64,000 bases of DNA from Tetramitus jugosus (lineage: Eukaryota > Protista > Heterolobosea), in the NCBI GenBank assembly GCA_937625935.1, contig OW569356.1:248001-312000 (forward strand). Direction: 5' to 3'. The position numbers and the translations under genes are program-made. Positions 1-10,655 of the stretch are shown here, in pieces. Below the pieces are notes generated by a model. The model worked only from the letters and a program-made list of their open reading frames with translations, was not told the origin of the DNA and did not search any database. The first letter of the stretch is position 1. Each line of letters starts with the position of its first letter.

Positions 1-927
1 CTCGCTGCGGTAAAGCTTGAGTTTGAATCAGGAGAGTATGAGAAAGCAAGAGAATTGCTTGAGAAAGCTCGGACGAATGCCAATGCCGCTAGAGTATGGA
101 TGAAGTCTGCTGTGTTTGAACGTAATGCAGGGCATTATGATCAAGAATGGAACATATTAAAACAAGCCATTGTCGATTTTCCAACCTTTGACAAGCTATG
201 GATGATGGCAGGTCAGTGGCACGAGAGGAAAAATGATATACAATCTGGACGCGAGTACTATCTGAATGGCCTTCAACATAATCCAAAATCTATTGCACTA
301 TGGCTTTGTCTCGCAAAGTTAGAGTTTACCACAAGTGGCCCAACCAGAGCAAGAGCCATCTTAGAGAAAGCAAGGCTCAGAAATCCTGGAATTCCAGAGC
401 TATGGCTTGCGTCAACTAGAATTGAAAAAAGAGATCCAGATGTGGCCAAGTCAACACTATCAAGGGCGTTGCAAGAGTGTCCTAAATCTGGTCTACTATG
501 GGCCAAATCTATCGACTTAGAAATCCGTGCCAAGCAAAAGGCACAAGGTGCTCTTGCACTAAGAAATTGCGAGGATCCATTGGTCATGATAGCAATTGGT
601 AGAATTTTATGGAGAGAACGGAGGATTGAAAAGGCCAGAGAGTGGCTCACAAGAGCCTTAGCTGTTGACAAAGACTTGGGTGATGCATGGATTAATTTAT
701 ATGCCTTCGAATTGGAACACGGAACACAGGCGAGTCAAGAGGAAGTCTTGAAAAATTGTAGTTTGGCTGACCCCCATCATGGTGAGTTGTGGACAAAAAC
801 ATCGAAAGATCTCAAAAATCACTTGTCCCCAAAAGATATTCTGCAGCACGCTGCGCTCAACTTGGGATCAGAACTCGAAAGAGATTCCTTCTCAACCTAT
901 GTGGCTCCAAGTTCTCTACCAGAGTAA
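1..927 (+). CDS. PRPF6: Pre-mRNA splicing factor Prp6, C-terminal HAT/TPR repeats (5' truncated by window)
   Basis: Frame is open from base 1 (LAAVKLE...). Motifs KLWMMAGQ, RARAILEKARLRNP, ALQECPKSGLLW, DLGDAW and ADPHHGELW are typical of the Prp6 C-terminus. Confidence 0.93.
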   Translation, partial: LAAVKLEFESGEYEKARELLEKARTNANAARVWMKSAVFERNAGHYDQEWNILKQAIVDFPTFDKLWMMAGQWHERKNDIQSGREYYLNGLQHNPKSIALWLCLAKLEFTTSGPTRARAILEKARLRNPGIPELWLASTRIEKRDPDVAKSTLSRALQECPKSGLLWAKSIDLEIRAKQKAQGALALRNCEDPLVMIAIGRILWRERRIEKAREWLTRALAVDKDLGDAWINLYAFELEHGTQASQEEVLKNCSLADPHHGELWTKTSKDLKNHLSPKDILQHAALNLGSELERDSFSTYVAPSSLPE

Positions 928-929
928 AT

Positions 930-3900
930 TTATTCTAATTTCATTTGTGATTGAAGAATGTTGTTCAATTCAGCACGAGAAGCGAGCCAATCCTTGAAAG
1001 TCACAGAAAAAGGTTTTCTCTCACTTTGTGACAATTCCTCGTGTAACCATTCATTGAATATGATAAGCAAAGCATATCTCTCCAAATAATTAATACCTCT
1101 CTCATGAGCAAACTCGTGCTTGGCGGTCTTTGGCTGTTTTGCCTCAGGAATGGATTGAAGTTTGCAATCGTAGATAGTTGTCCGAAGATTTTGCATATGA
1201 CTGCAATTATCAATTACCTTGTCCACCTGACTCTTGTTTCTTGGTCCATATTTCAACACTCGCATTAGTTTTGTGATAATACGATAATTTCCATTTCTCA
1301 AATTCTGTGAAGGATCCGCAATGGGTGAAGGAGGAGAGTTCGATTCTACCAATTCTTTGGTGAGATCGTAAGCATTCAATCTCCAGGAGTTAATGAGCGC
1401 GAGAACAACTAGGCATGTCGTAGTACGACCTCTACCCATTTGACAGTTGGCCACGAAGTGTGTGGTGTGAGGATTTGCGCTGACAGCTGCACGAACTATC
1501 GCATCAAAATCATCAGGATCGGGTGCTCGCTCGTCAGTAATCGGTATTCTGTAAAAATCAACTAAATATCCCTCCTGTCTCTTTGAATGATAGATATCCC
1601 TTAGTGTTACAATAGATTCATTGTCGATCGGAATATAGTGTGTGTATGGTTGCATGTCATCAGTTTCATCATGACTCAAAATGCTATTGTTTGTGGTTTC
1701 TGACTCTTTCAAGATATCGTGCTTCAGCCTGTCCTCCATATTCTCAACACGATCTGAAGTGATGCCAGCCTGGATGATGTTCTCAAAAGGGCGGTCAATA
1801 TCTCGCAAACAATAAGGCTCATTATTGATGTAAACGAGTGGTTCCTCTCTCAAATTGATCCAAACCACTTGATTCTGTTTAGCTTTTAGTAGGTTGAGCA
1901 CATTCTCAATTCCTGTCTTTGTTGGTATTGCTACACCATAGATCTGACCATATTGTGATCCTATTTGTCTAAAATTCGGAGCTCCTTCAATATGAGGCAA
2001 CAGTTGTTTCCGCTGACATCCTAAACCAATAAAGTTAATGACCATTCGATATAGAAAACAATCAACAAAACGATTCAGATACTTACCTGGAAAATGATCA
2101 TGTTTCAGTAGGGTTCTTCTGGCCAGAACCTCCCCAAGACGGGTTTCAGAGTAAGGCTTTTCTTGACTAACTTCGAGCTTCATTTTCTTAAGAGCAGATG
2201 CAGGATTGCTATCGAGACTAGCCAATGCCTTAGCTATCTCTGGCCGACTCATCATCCAGTCTGAAAATGTTACCGCATGTTGTTCCTTGACTTGGTTGTG
2301 TAAATAAGCCGAATAAACTACCATCAATAAATACTTCTTCAACATCTGACCAGCTCTCTTCAAGTGAATGTCAGAAGTAGATGATGTTCTCGATGTTTGA
2401 GCTGTCAATATTTCCATTTCAACATCTTTTCTGAAGTCTAATGCTCCAGCACCCAGCTGACATAGCTGCATGGCATAGTTTACTTCTGAAACTCTTCGTA
2501 AACTGTCAGGAATGAGTCTCAATATTGTGGCTGATGCATTATAATCAAGTATAGAGGAGTTGTATGGGTCTACAGACTTGATGCACTCATCCCTCAACAT
2601 CCCTCCAAAGTAAAACTCGCGAGTGTGAATATACAGTGTAGAAATAACCAGAGCAAAGAAGCATCTTCCAAGACCAAAGTGATCATAAAATAGCACATTT
2701 TCTCCTTTCTCATACACGACACACAGTGCTGAATGTAAACCATCAACATCATCAAAAGTTGGACATGTTAATGCTGTGATAGGGATATGATGATAATTGA
2801 CCTGAGAAGCAAAATTAGCCAGTGAGTCCATCACCTCAACCGGCGTTTGAATACTGTCGGCAGAGCACTGCTCCCAAAATGAAACTAGTTCTGATTGTTT
2901 CGTTTCATCGTGTAACAACAACTTCGAATCTCTTGTTATTTCGGATAAGCAATCCTCCTTTAATGTACCTTCAATTGCCTGCAATTGAGATGCTTTGATT
3001 CCAATTAGATTTAGATTAATAAATGGATGATCAATGTCTCTCAGATTGTAAGGATTTCCGTTAATGTAACACAGACATTCTTCTCTCAGATTGATGATAT
3101 GTATAGGCTGACTCGTATTCTCATTCTTCAGGATGCTCACAAATCCTTCAATGCTCGGTGTGGCACTCGCATAAATTTGGAAATTGCAAAAATTCATTTT
3201 TCTAAAGTTAGGAGCTCCCCCAACATATGTCTCTTTAAAGTCGGATAGAGGTTCAAAGAAGTGATCTCTCTTCAATATAGTCATAGCAGAAAGCACTTTA
3301 CCTGTACGATTGTACACTAAATCAACATCATCAAGTGTGGATTCCAACTCATCCTTGGTCTTCAGCAGCGCGTCCTCGGGATTGTGTTTGTAAAACATCA
3401 ATATATTATTTTGTTCAGATCTTTGTTTCATGTATTCATCGAACGTCATCCAATTACTATTCGTCCTCAAGAGTTGAGCTCGTAAATAATCTGCGACAAT
3501 AATAATGTGATAGTAGCGCGACAAATATTTGAAAGCAATCTTAGCAAATAGATCTCTGCTTTCCTTGTTACGACTCTTCTCAGCCTTCGTTCGGAACTTG
3601 TTAATGGCTGATCTTAAATTTCGAACAGATCCACAATTGTCAATGGCCAAGTCTGAGATATCTTTCGATTGAGATCCAAACTGTAGCAATCGCAAGAGCT
3701 CCAAAACAGGCTTATACATGCCTGTTTGGTACAAATTTCGCAAATCCTTCTGACTCTTCAAAATATTCAAGTTTCGTTGCTGAGCCAATAGTTCTGCCCG
3801 ATTCAATCTCTGTTCATCTCTTAGTATATCCATCAACCATGCAACAACCATTGCATGTGTCGATCTTGTTTTTCCCAATTGACAATTGAACACAATGTGC

Positions 3901-5297
3901 GCATCCTCCTCAATATCCCTCAAACATGAAATCAATTGATCAACATCTTGATAAGAAAAGTCACTTTCAGCGGTGAGAGGTATGCGAATGTAGCGAACCT
4001 TGTATCCCTCATCAATCAACTTTGAGTAAACTTGTTTCGGAGTCATGAGCGAGTCATGTGAGATGGATTCCCAAGTACCAGCAACCAATCCAGTCGTTTT
4101 ACTATTCTGATGCTGTATACCTGCTGCAATCTCATCATGAATCAAAATATTGTCAGAGTAGAGCTGTGATTCGCGAATAATATCGAATTTCAACGCTTCT
4201 TCCATCTCTTCAATTCTCTCCACAGAGATTCCAGAGTAGTATGACATGTTCTGAAATGGATGATCACTCTCTCGTAGCACATGCGGCTTCGAATTTATAT
4301 AAATGATGGGTTCTTCACGCAAATTGATCCATACAACTGATTTTTTCTTTGCGCCCAACACGTTCAACACAGCTCTGATACCTGATACCGTAGGTTGAGC
4401 AACACCAAACACTCTGCTCATGATTGGATCGACACTTGACATTGTTGTGGTTGTCTCTTCTGCGGATGCAGATAATAAAGATGCAATTGGGGTGGGCAAT
4501 GTGGCAGCTCTAAAGTTCTCTGCACCACCCAGTCTCATGAATCGCAAATCATTGACTCTCATCATTGAATGATGTGATTTCTTGTGATTGATCAGTTCGG
4601 GATCTCCTACTCCACTGCTGCGACTACTACTGCTCTTGCCTCTGCCCTTGTTCGATGACAAAAGATTGCCCATCGTTTCAGTTGTTGCAGTAGTGGAGGT
4701 GGTAGAGGTAGTTGATGATGTAGTCATGGGATGAGTGGTAATGGCACTTGAAATTAAGCTCTTGAGCAATGTTTGATCAAAGTAGTGATCTACTTTGAGT
4801 AGAGTGTTCACGTTGAGTACTCTGCCATTTCTCTGTGCGAGAATGGTTCGTTCATTGACACTTAGAAAATGATCGTTCATTTTTTTCAAGTGATGGTGAT
4901 GATGAGCTGTGGTTCGTAGCTTTGAATGATGATGGTGGTGGTGGTGGTGGTGATGGTGGACACGTGGATGGTAATGATGACCGCTGTCGTGTTGTTTTTT
5001 TTTGTGGTGCGCAGTATTATTGTTGTTGTTGTTGTGAGCTGAACTCGTCTCAACGTGACTTGCAACAGTGGACGCGTGGTGCAAAATAAATGATGTTTCC
5101 TCCTCGAGTTGCGATTGTTGCTCCGGTACAAAAAAAGTGGTTGTTGTTGTACCCTGGAGTCGTCGGCTCACAACTACTAACAACAACAGTTGGGATGATG
5201 GACAACAGAGAGCTTTTGTTGGGTTTTGTCGTACAAGGGCACTTTTACATGTTGCGGCTTTCAGGCATGCATTTCTTTGCTGATACAAGCGCAGCAT
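930..5297 (-). CDS. Paladin-like / PTP-like inositol phosphatase with three tandem PTP-like repeats; one 66-nt in-frame intron
   Basis: Three repeats of LKxDH / GAxNFR / INLREE; active-site motifs FNCQLGKTR and ANCQMGRGRTTT. Removing intron 2021-2086 restores DHFPGCQ. Confidence 0.85.
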   Translation of the reverse strand: MLRLYQQRNACLKAATCKSALVRQNPTKALCCPSSQLLLLVVVSRRLQGTTTTTFFVPEQQSQLEEETSFILHHASTVASHVETSSAHNNNNNNTAHHKKKQHDSGHHYHPRVHHHHHHHHHHHSKLRTTAHHHHHLKKMNDHFLSVNERTILAQRNGRVLNVNTLLKVDHYFDQTLLKSLISSAITTHPMTTSSTTSTTSTTATTETMGNLLSSNKGRGKSSSSRSSGVGDPELINHKKSHHSMMRVNDLRFMRLGGAENFRAATLPTPIASLLSASAEETTTTMSSVDPIMSRVFGVAQPTVSGIRAVLNVLGAKKKSVVWINLREEPIIYINSKPHVLRESDHPFQNMSYYSGISVERIEEMEEALKFDIIRESQLYSDNILIHDEIAAGIQHQNSKTTGLVAGTWESISHDSLMTPKQVYSKLIDEGYKVRYIRIPLTAESDFSYQDVDQLISCLRDIEEDAHIVFNCQLGKTRSTHAMVVAWLMDILRDEQRLNRAELLAQQRNLNILKSQKDLRNLYQTGMYKPVLELLRLLQFGSQSKDISDLAIDNCGSVRNLRSAINKFRTKAEKSRNKESRDLFAKIAFKYLSRYYHIIIVADYLRAQLLRTNSNWMTFDEYMKQRSEQNNILMFYKHNPEDALLKTKDELESTLDDVDLVYNRTGKVLSAMTILKRDHFFEPLSDFKETYVGGAPNFRKMNFCNFQIYASATPSIEGFVSILKNENTSQPIHIINLREECLCYINGNPYNLRDIDHPFINLNLIGIKASQLQAIEGTLKEDCLSEITRDSKLLLHDETKQSELVSFWEQCSADSIQTPVEVMDSLANFASQVNYHHIPITALTCPTFDDVDGLHSALCVVYEKGENVLFYDHFGLGRCFFALVISTLYIHTREFYFGGMLRDECIKSVDPYNSSILDYNASATILRLIPDSLRRVSEVNYAMQLCQLGAGALDFRKDVEMEILTAQTSRTSSTSDIHLKRAGQMLKKYLLMVVYSAYLHNQVKEQHAVTFSDWMMSRPEIAKALASLDSNPASALKKMKLEVSQEKPYSETRLGEVLARRTLLKHDHFPGKYLNRFVDCFLYRMVINFIGLGCQRKQLLPHIEGAPNFRQIGSQYGQIYGVAIPTKTGIENVLNLLKAKQNQVVWINLREEPLVYINNEPYCLRDIDRPFENIIQAGITSDRVENMEDRLKHDILKESETTNNSILSHDETDDMQPYTHYIPIDNESIVTLRDIYHSKRQEGYLVDFYRIPITDERAPDPDDFDAIVRAAVSANPHTTHFVANCQMGRGRTTTCLVVLALINSWRLNAYDLTKELVESNSPPSPIADPSQNLRNGNYRIITKLMRVLKYGPRNKSQVDKVIDNCSHMQNLRTTIYDCKLQSIPEAKQPKTAKHEFAHERGINYLERYALLIIFNEWLHEELSQSERKPFSVTFKDWLASRAELNNILQSQMKLE
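2021..2086 (-). other. Spliceosomal intron (66 nt, in-frame, stop-free) in paladin-like gene
   Basis: GTAAGT...CATTAAC...TTTAG. Splicing removes 22 aa and restores the conserved DHFPGCQ. Confidence 0.85.
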
Positions 5298-5445
5298 TCG
5301 ACTCTTCTGTCAGTGAACGAATTGTTTGTTGCTGAAGACAAGTGAAACAAAAATTGTTTGTTGTGTGAAGAAGAGCGGACAGATGGTGTCATAGTTTCTA
5401 TTCTATTGGAGTTTGTATTTACATGAGAACTTGAGAGAAACAGTT

Positions 5446-5877
5446 CTAGAGTTCAAAGCACTGGTGAGTATCTCTCTCACTGTCCCAATACTCCAGACCA
5501 TCAATGTTGAACTTCAAGAGACAGAGATGAGGTTCATCAAGTTCCTTGGGGAACCAGGACTTCAAACTTGAATCCCACAACTCCTTCATCTTATTCTTGT
5601 CTCTGCAAATTTCACTGTTTCCCACAAAGGAAACATAGGTATTGCTCTTGGTGTCCATGAACGAAACATTGACATGAGGTTCTTTCTTAATTTCGGAACA
5701 CTTGGTGGATGAATCGCTGGTAAAGAACCACAAACTCTTTTCATCGAAGTCAATCTTTTGTGTTGCCATCGGACGGGAATGTAGGTTGTCTTGACCTCTT
5801 GTGGTCATCATTGCAAAGTGGATGGGATCGATTAACTTTGAAATCTTGTCCAAGTCTTGTCTTGTCGCCTCAACCAT
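5446..5877 (-). CDS. General stress protein 26-like / pyridoxamine 5'-phosphate oxidase-like FMN-binding split barrel
   Basis: AMMTT, LHSRPM, LWFFT, VNVSF, ELWDSSLKSWFP and EYWD match the bacterial YdaG/GSP26 family pattern. Confidence 0.85.
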   Translation of the reverse strand: MVEATRQDLDKISKLIDPIHFAMMTTRGQDNLHSRPMATQKIDFDEKSLWFFTSDSSTKCSEIKKEPHVNVSFMDTKSNTYVSFVGNSEICRDKNKMKELWDSSLKSWFPKELDEPHLCLLKFNIDGLEYWDSERDTHQCFEL

Positions 5878-6225
5878 TTCCTCTATTCGTTAATAATTCA
5901 ATTAGTGCTTCGCTTTTGTTTCTTACTCTCGAGGGCAACTTGGGAGCTTCTGAGTGAGAGAACCTCTTCCGAAATCGATCAACAACATAGACGTGAGAGA
6001 TCAGGAACGAGTTCGAGCTGTTTCAATTTTATCATTAATTCGATGAAAGTGAAGAAATAGATTGGAGATCTAGAGTAAACATCCGTCGGCAGTGTTAACG
6101 AACTGAGTGTCTTGATTTGGTAAAAAAGGGAATTTCGCGTGGAGAAACTCGACAGAACATTCCCTGCCATGGAATCTCAACAACAAACAACACGAAAAAA
6201 AACAATTGATAACACATAACATAAA

Positions 6226-8364
6226 ATGAATAATGAGAACAATAACTTGTCTCCACAACAACGAGAACAACAACAACAACTAGGCACCTACCCTGATGTA
6301 CCACAATCAACGACACCCACAACATTATCCTCCACCACATCACTCTCACCCACCACAACACCAACAACAAGCATGATAGACACAAACACAACCACCGACA
6401 CCAACATTCCAACATCAAACGACGCACAAACAGAGAGCAACAACATTGCAAAGAACAGTCAAAATGCCTTTGATGCCATCTCTTCCATGATTGGTCAATC
6501 GTTAGGATCACTTCCTACCACTCAGCATCCACATCAGCATCAGAATCACCACGACGACAATTTTGATCCATATGATCTACACAGTAATAGCAGTCATAGC
6601 GGTAGCAATAGTCATAAGATTTGGAACTTTATTGATAATCATATGGGTGGTTTGAGAAAGAGAGGAAACGCGCAACCATCATCTACGCTATTAAACTCCA
6701 ATGTAGTGTCCTATGGAACATCGACGCCATCATCTCCATCTGATGGTGGTTCACAACGAAAACGACATGACAACAACAACAACAACGAATTAGATGAAGA
6801 TGACGAGCTGGAAGAAGAAGAAGAAGAAGTTGATCTTGTGATTGAACCGAAACAAAACACAAAATTGACTCGATTGCCAAACATTGGAACCAATATTGAC
6901 GATATTAGAAAAAAGGTTGATTTTCATCAGTATGGAAAACGGTTCCTCATGGTTGGACTGCACTATGAATGTCACAGCTTTCAAACATTGAAACAAATGG
7001 TGCAACATGTGAGCAATGAAGTGAATCCGAATCGTGAATATGATCCACAATTAACACTAACATTCAATGGTGCATTGAATCTGTTGCCACAACATGATCC
7101 AATATGGATCGATGTTCAGAATCCTTCGATTGCAGACATGAAAATGATGGAGCGTTATTTTGGTTTGCATCCTTTGACAACAGAGGACATTATCAATTCT
7201 GATACGGGAGAGAAATGGGAATTGTTTACAGAGTACATGTTCGTAGTGTTTATCGGCCAAGTGGATGATGAGTACCTGCCGCCCTCAACAACGAACAAAT
7301 ATTTGTCGCATCACGATGGATCGGAAACACAGTTGAATATCATTGTTTTCCCTAATTTTGTCATCACGATACACGATCGACCCATTAAGGGCCTGGACAT
7401 GCTCATGTCTCGTATCGAATCTGAATTTGAGTTGCAAATCGAACACGGTAGTTTAGGAACCACTATTCCACTGCAGTACAAATACAGTAGAGAACGTTTG
7501 AGATATAGGCACAATATGGAAAGTACTGCTGCTCTTCGCCAGAGTAGCAGCGATCCAAATATCCATTTTCCTCAACATGGAGAGACGGAACAGCAAATAG
7601 AAATGGGATCTCTACCACGTCACTCTCTGTCCTACTCTCAATTGCAAACCGAATCAACAGCATCCACAGTCACTAACGAAGAACATCCGTCATCAACAGC
7701 TACAACAGCCACGATAGAAGACAACATATCAGTGGTGACAGATCGAAAACAAACACAAGTACCGAGTAGCGATTGGGTATTATATGCTTTCTTGGATGCC
7801 ATGGTCGATATCTATATTCCATTTGTGGACTCATTGTCGTTAGAGGTGGAAGATCTCGATGATCTAGTCTTCGAACTACATGACAGCGAAAAAGACGAGT
7901 TGTTGAAACGGTTGGGCATGGCAAAACGAAATGTTGTCACTTTGCGCCGTCTTCTTCTTCCAAAACAAAAAATGACAACGTACTTGTCAGGTCAGACCAT
8001 TCGGTTCATCTCAAAACCGGTGCAAGTCTATCTGAGAGATGTCTTGGATCATTTGAAAATTTGTTTAGACAAGTTAGAGGTGGCACGTGAAAATCTGAAT
8101 CAGACGCACAATAACTACTTGACACGAGTTCAAATTGAAATTGCTGCAGCAAGCGGTCGAACAGATGCCTTCATGAACAGAATTACAGTCATTGCTAGTT
8201 TGCTTGGTCCCTTAACTTTGATATCAGCCATTTGGGGTATGAACGTGAAGGTTCCTGGCCAAGATGTGGATAATTTGTACTGGTTCTATGGCTTGAATGG
8301 ATTCATGATCATTTTCGCACTCGTTCTTATTATTTTGCTCCGAAAGAAATTGATTGGAAAGTAA
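6226..8364 (+). CDS. CorA-family Mg2+ transporter (ALR1/MNR2-like)
   Basis: WIDVQNP, FGLHPLTTEDI, YLRDVLDH, the GMN signature (WGMNVKVPG) and two C-terminal TM helices. Confidence 0.92.
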   Translation: MNNENNNLSPQQREQQQQLGTYPDVPQSTTPTTLSSTTSLSPTTTPTTSMIDTNTTTDTNIPTSNDAQTESNNIAKNSQNAFDAISSMIGQSLGSLPTTQHPHQHQNHHDDNFDPYDLHSNSSHSGSNSHKIWNFIDNHMGGLRKRGNAQPSSTLLNSNVVSYGTSTPSSPSDGGSQRKRHDNNNNNELDEDDELEEEEEEVDLVIEPKQNTKLTRLPNIGTNIDDIRKKVDFHQYGKRFLMVGLHYECHSFQTLKQMVQHVSNEVNPNREYDPQLTLTFNGALNLLPQHDPIWIDVQNPSIADMKMMERYFGLHPLTTEDIINSDTGEKWELFTEYMFVVFIGQVDDEYLPPSTTNKYLSHHDGSETQLNIIVFPNFVITIHDRPIKGLDMLMSRIESEFELQIEHGSLGTTIPLQYKYSRERLRYRHNMESTAALRQSSSDPNIHFPQHGETEQQIEMGSLPRHSLSYSQLQTESTASTVTNEEHPSSTATTATIEDNISVVTDRKQTQVPSSDWVLYAFLDAMVDIYIPFVDSLSLEVEDLDDLVFELHDSEKDELLKRLGMAKRNVVTLRRLLLPKQKMTTYLSGQTIRFISKPVQVYLRDVLDHLKICLDKLEVARENLNQTHNNYLTRVQIEIAAASGRTDAFMNRITVIASLLGPLTLISAIWGMNVKVPGQDVDNLYWFYGLNGFMIIFALVLIILLRKKLIGK

Positions 8365-8395
8365 GAGCCTCCCGGTTTAGATATATCGACTTTAT

Positions 8396-8887
8396 TTACA
8401 GGTATTGATAAATCTCATTGACGAGAGAGCAAGTGAGACCTCCATTGTCAGGTTCAACGTTCAAAGCAACAATCTTGCCGTCCTTGACAACCATTGACCA
8501 TCTCTTGGATCTGACTCCTCCGAGTGCAGGTGCTTCAAAGCTCAAGCCAAGTGCCTTCACAAATTCAGCACTAGGATCAGCCAACATGTGAATCGTGTCA
8601 GGTTGCACGTTTTGGGCTTGTCCCCAAGCATTCATCACGAACACATCGTTGACAGAGATGCAGCCAATATAGTCAACTCCCTTTTCCTTTGTGAGCTTTT
8701 CAAAGTCCTTGACATAACCTGGGAGATGAGTTCTGGAGCAACCTGGAGTGAATGCACCAGGAACTGCAAACAACACTGCCTTCTTCTTGTCCTTTAGCAA
8801 TTCAGCCAAGTTAACAGAGACATTTGGTGCGCCTTCGTACAGTGGAACGCTTGGTAAAGTATCTCCAATTTGAATTTGTTGAGACAT
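8396..8887 (-). CDS. PRDX5: Peroxiredoxin-5 (atypical 2-Cys Prx)
   Basis: VPGAFTPGCSRTHLPGY, SVNDVFVMNAWG, RSKR, NVEPD..GLTCS. Confidence 0.95.
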   Translation of the reverse strand: MSQQIQIGDTLPSVPLYEGAPNVSVNLAELLKDKKKAVLFAVPGAFTPGCSRTHLPGYVKDFEKLTKEKGVDYIGCISVNDVFVMNAWGQAQNVQPDTIHMLADPSAEFVKALGLSFEAPALGGVRSKRWSMVVKDGKIVALNVEPDNGGLTCSLVNEIYQYL

Positions 8888-9206
8888 GGCTACTATTTAC
8901 TATTGTTGATTTGTCGATTGGTTACGAATGTGTTTTGTTTTGTGATTGGTGTTCTGAAAGCAACAGATCTGAATGGAACCCGCTCTAAAGGCAGCGTCAT
9001 GCCTGCGCACAAAAAATTGATCCTATTCCCCAATTTGCGTTTCAATCGTAGAAATTTTACAACCAGCCATTTTGTAACTTTCATTCCGCAACTATTTTTA
9101 AAAATAACTTTGGAACCAAAGTTTCGTGATCATTGAAGCTTGTTCAGCGAAAACAAACACTAATTCGCAACACGAACAACGAATAAGAGAGGAATAAACA
9201 ACAACA

Positions 9207-10599
9207 ATGGCAGAAGTGGATGATCGCAGAAATAAAGCATTGAACAATTTGATGTCGAAACTTGTTCAACACCGAGAGTTTGAGAGTCAGGTGAAGAATA
9301 TGAGAGAGAATCAAAGAGACCTCAAAAAGCAATATAACAAAACGGAAGATGACTTGAAGGCATTGCAGTCAGTTGGACAAATTATTGGTGAGGTTTTGAA
9401 ACAGTTGGACGAAGAACGATGTATGTGTTGACGATTATTTTGTTTGTGGTTGTGGTGGATCAGATCTTTTATGTTGAAAATCATTTTATTGACATTCGTG
9501 TGTTCTTTCATTTCAACAACAGTTATCCTCAAGGCATCGAGTGGACCTCGTTATGTTGTCGGATGTCGTAAAAAGATTGACAAGACAAAGTTGACACCTA
9601 GCACGAGAGTGGCACTTGATATGACAACATTGACCATTATGAGAATATTGCCAAGAGAAATTGACCCTGTTGTGTTCAACATGGTTGAGCCAGAGGAGAA
9701 TGCAAAGAACAAGACATCATTCAACGCCATTGGTGGACTCAATGAACAGATTCGTGAGTTGAGAGAAGTCATTGAACTTCCATTGATCAATCCTGAGCTC
9801 TTTAAGCGTGTGGGTATCAAGGCACCAAAGGGTGTTCTTCTCTATGGTCCACCGGGCACTGGAAAGGTTTGTATCGTGAATGACTGTTCACTTTTTTTTT
9901 CGTACTTGTTCCCATCCACGTCCTTGTACTAACTCTCACATTTAAACTCCTAAATGATCACGATAGACCCTGATTGCAAGAGCAGTAGCCAGTAATATCG
10001 AAGCCAACTTCTTGAAGTGTGTCGCCAGTGCAATTGTAGATAAATATATTGGTGAGAGCGCTCGTGTGATTCGTGAAATGTTTGGATATGCTCGTGATCA
10101 TCAACCATGTATCATTTTTATGGATGAGATTGATGCCATCGGAGGAAGAAGATTCTCTGAAGGTACTTCTGCTGATCGTGAAATTCAGAGAACATTGATG
10201 GAGTTGTTGAACCAGATGGATGGTTTTGATGCAATGGGTCAAGTCAAGGTGATTATGGCCACGAATAGACCTGATGTTCTTGATACCGCTCTGTTGAGAC
10301 CTGGTCGATTGGACAGAAAGGTTGAAATTCCGTTGCCAAACGAACAAGGCAGACTCCAAGTTTTACAAATTCATGCAAGACACATAACCAAATACGGCGA
10401 AATCGACTATGATGCAATTGTAAAATTATCTGATGGTTTCAACGGTGCTGATTTGAGAAATGTTTGTACAGAAGCTGGTATGTTCGCCATTCGAGGAAAC
10501 AGAGATTATGTGATTCAGGAAGATTTCATGAAGGCTGTGAGAAAGGTTGCAGAAATGAAGAAGTTGGAAGCTCCTGCCCACACATACTCAAAATCATAA
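9207..10599 (+). CDS. PSMC6: 26S proteasome AAA-ATPase Rpt4; exons 9207-9420, 9523-9866, 9967-10599
   Basis: [27 protein letters not shown], Walker A GPPGTGK|T, Walker [34 protein letters not shown]. Splicing joins three ORF-track pieces in frame. Confidence 0.96.
9421..9522 (+). other. Spliceosomal intron (102 nt) in Rpt4
   Basis: GTATGT...CAG; the join gives EERFILK. Confidence 0.9.
9867..9966 (+). other. Spliceosomal intron (100 nt) in Rpt4
   Basis: GTTTGT...TACTAAC (9927-9933)...TAG; the join gives GPPGTGKTLIARA. Confidence 0.92.
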
Positions 10600-10655
10600 A
10601 CCAATAAGTATTTATGTAAAATTATTTTTTGTAAAATTCAATGTATTCACATCTT

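Noticed and set aside
4654-4674. Internal MGNLLSS as a myristoylated alternative start of the paladin-like gene
   Set aside because: It lies downstream of the conserved first-repeat motif (RNGRVL..LKVDH), inside a low-complexity insert.
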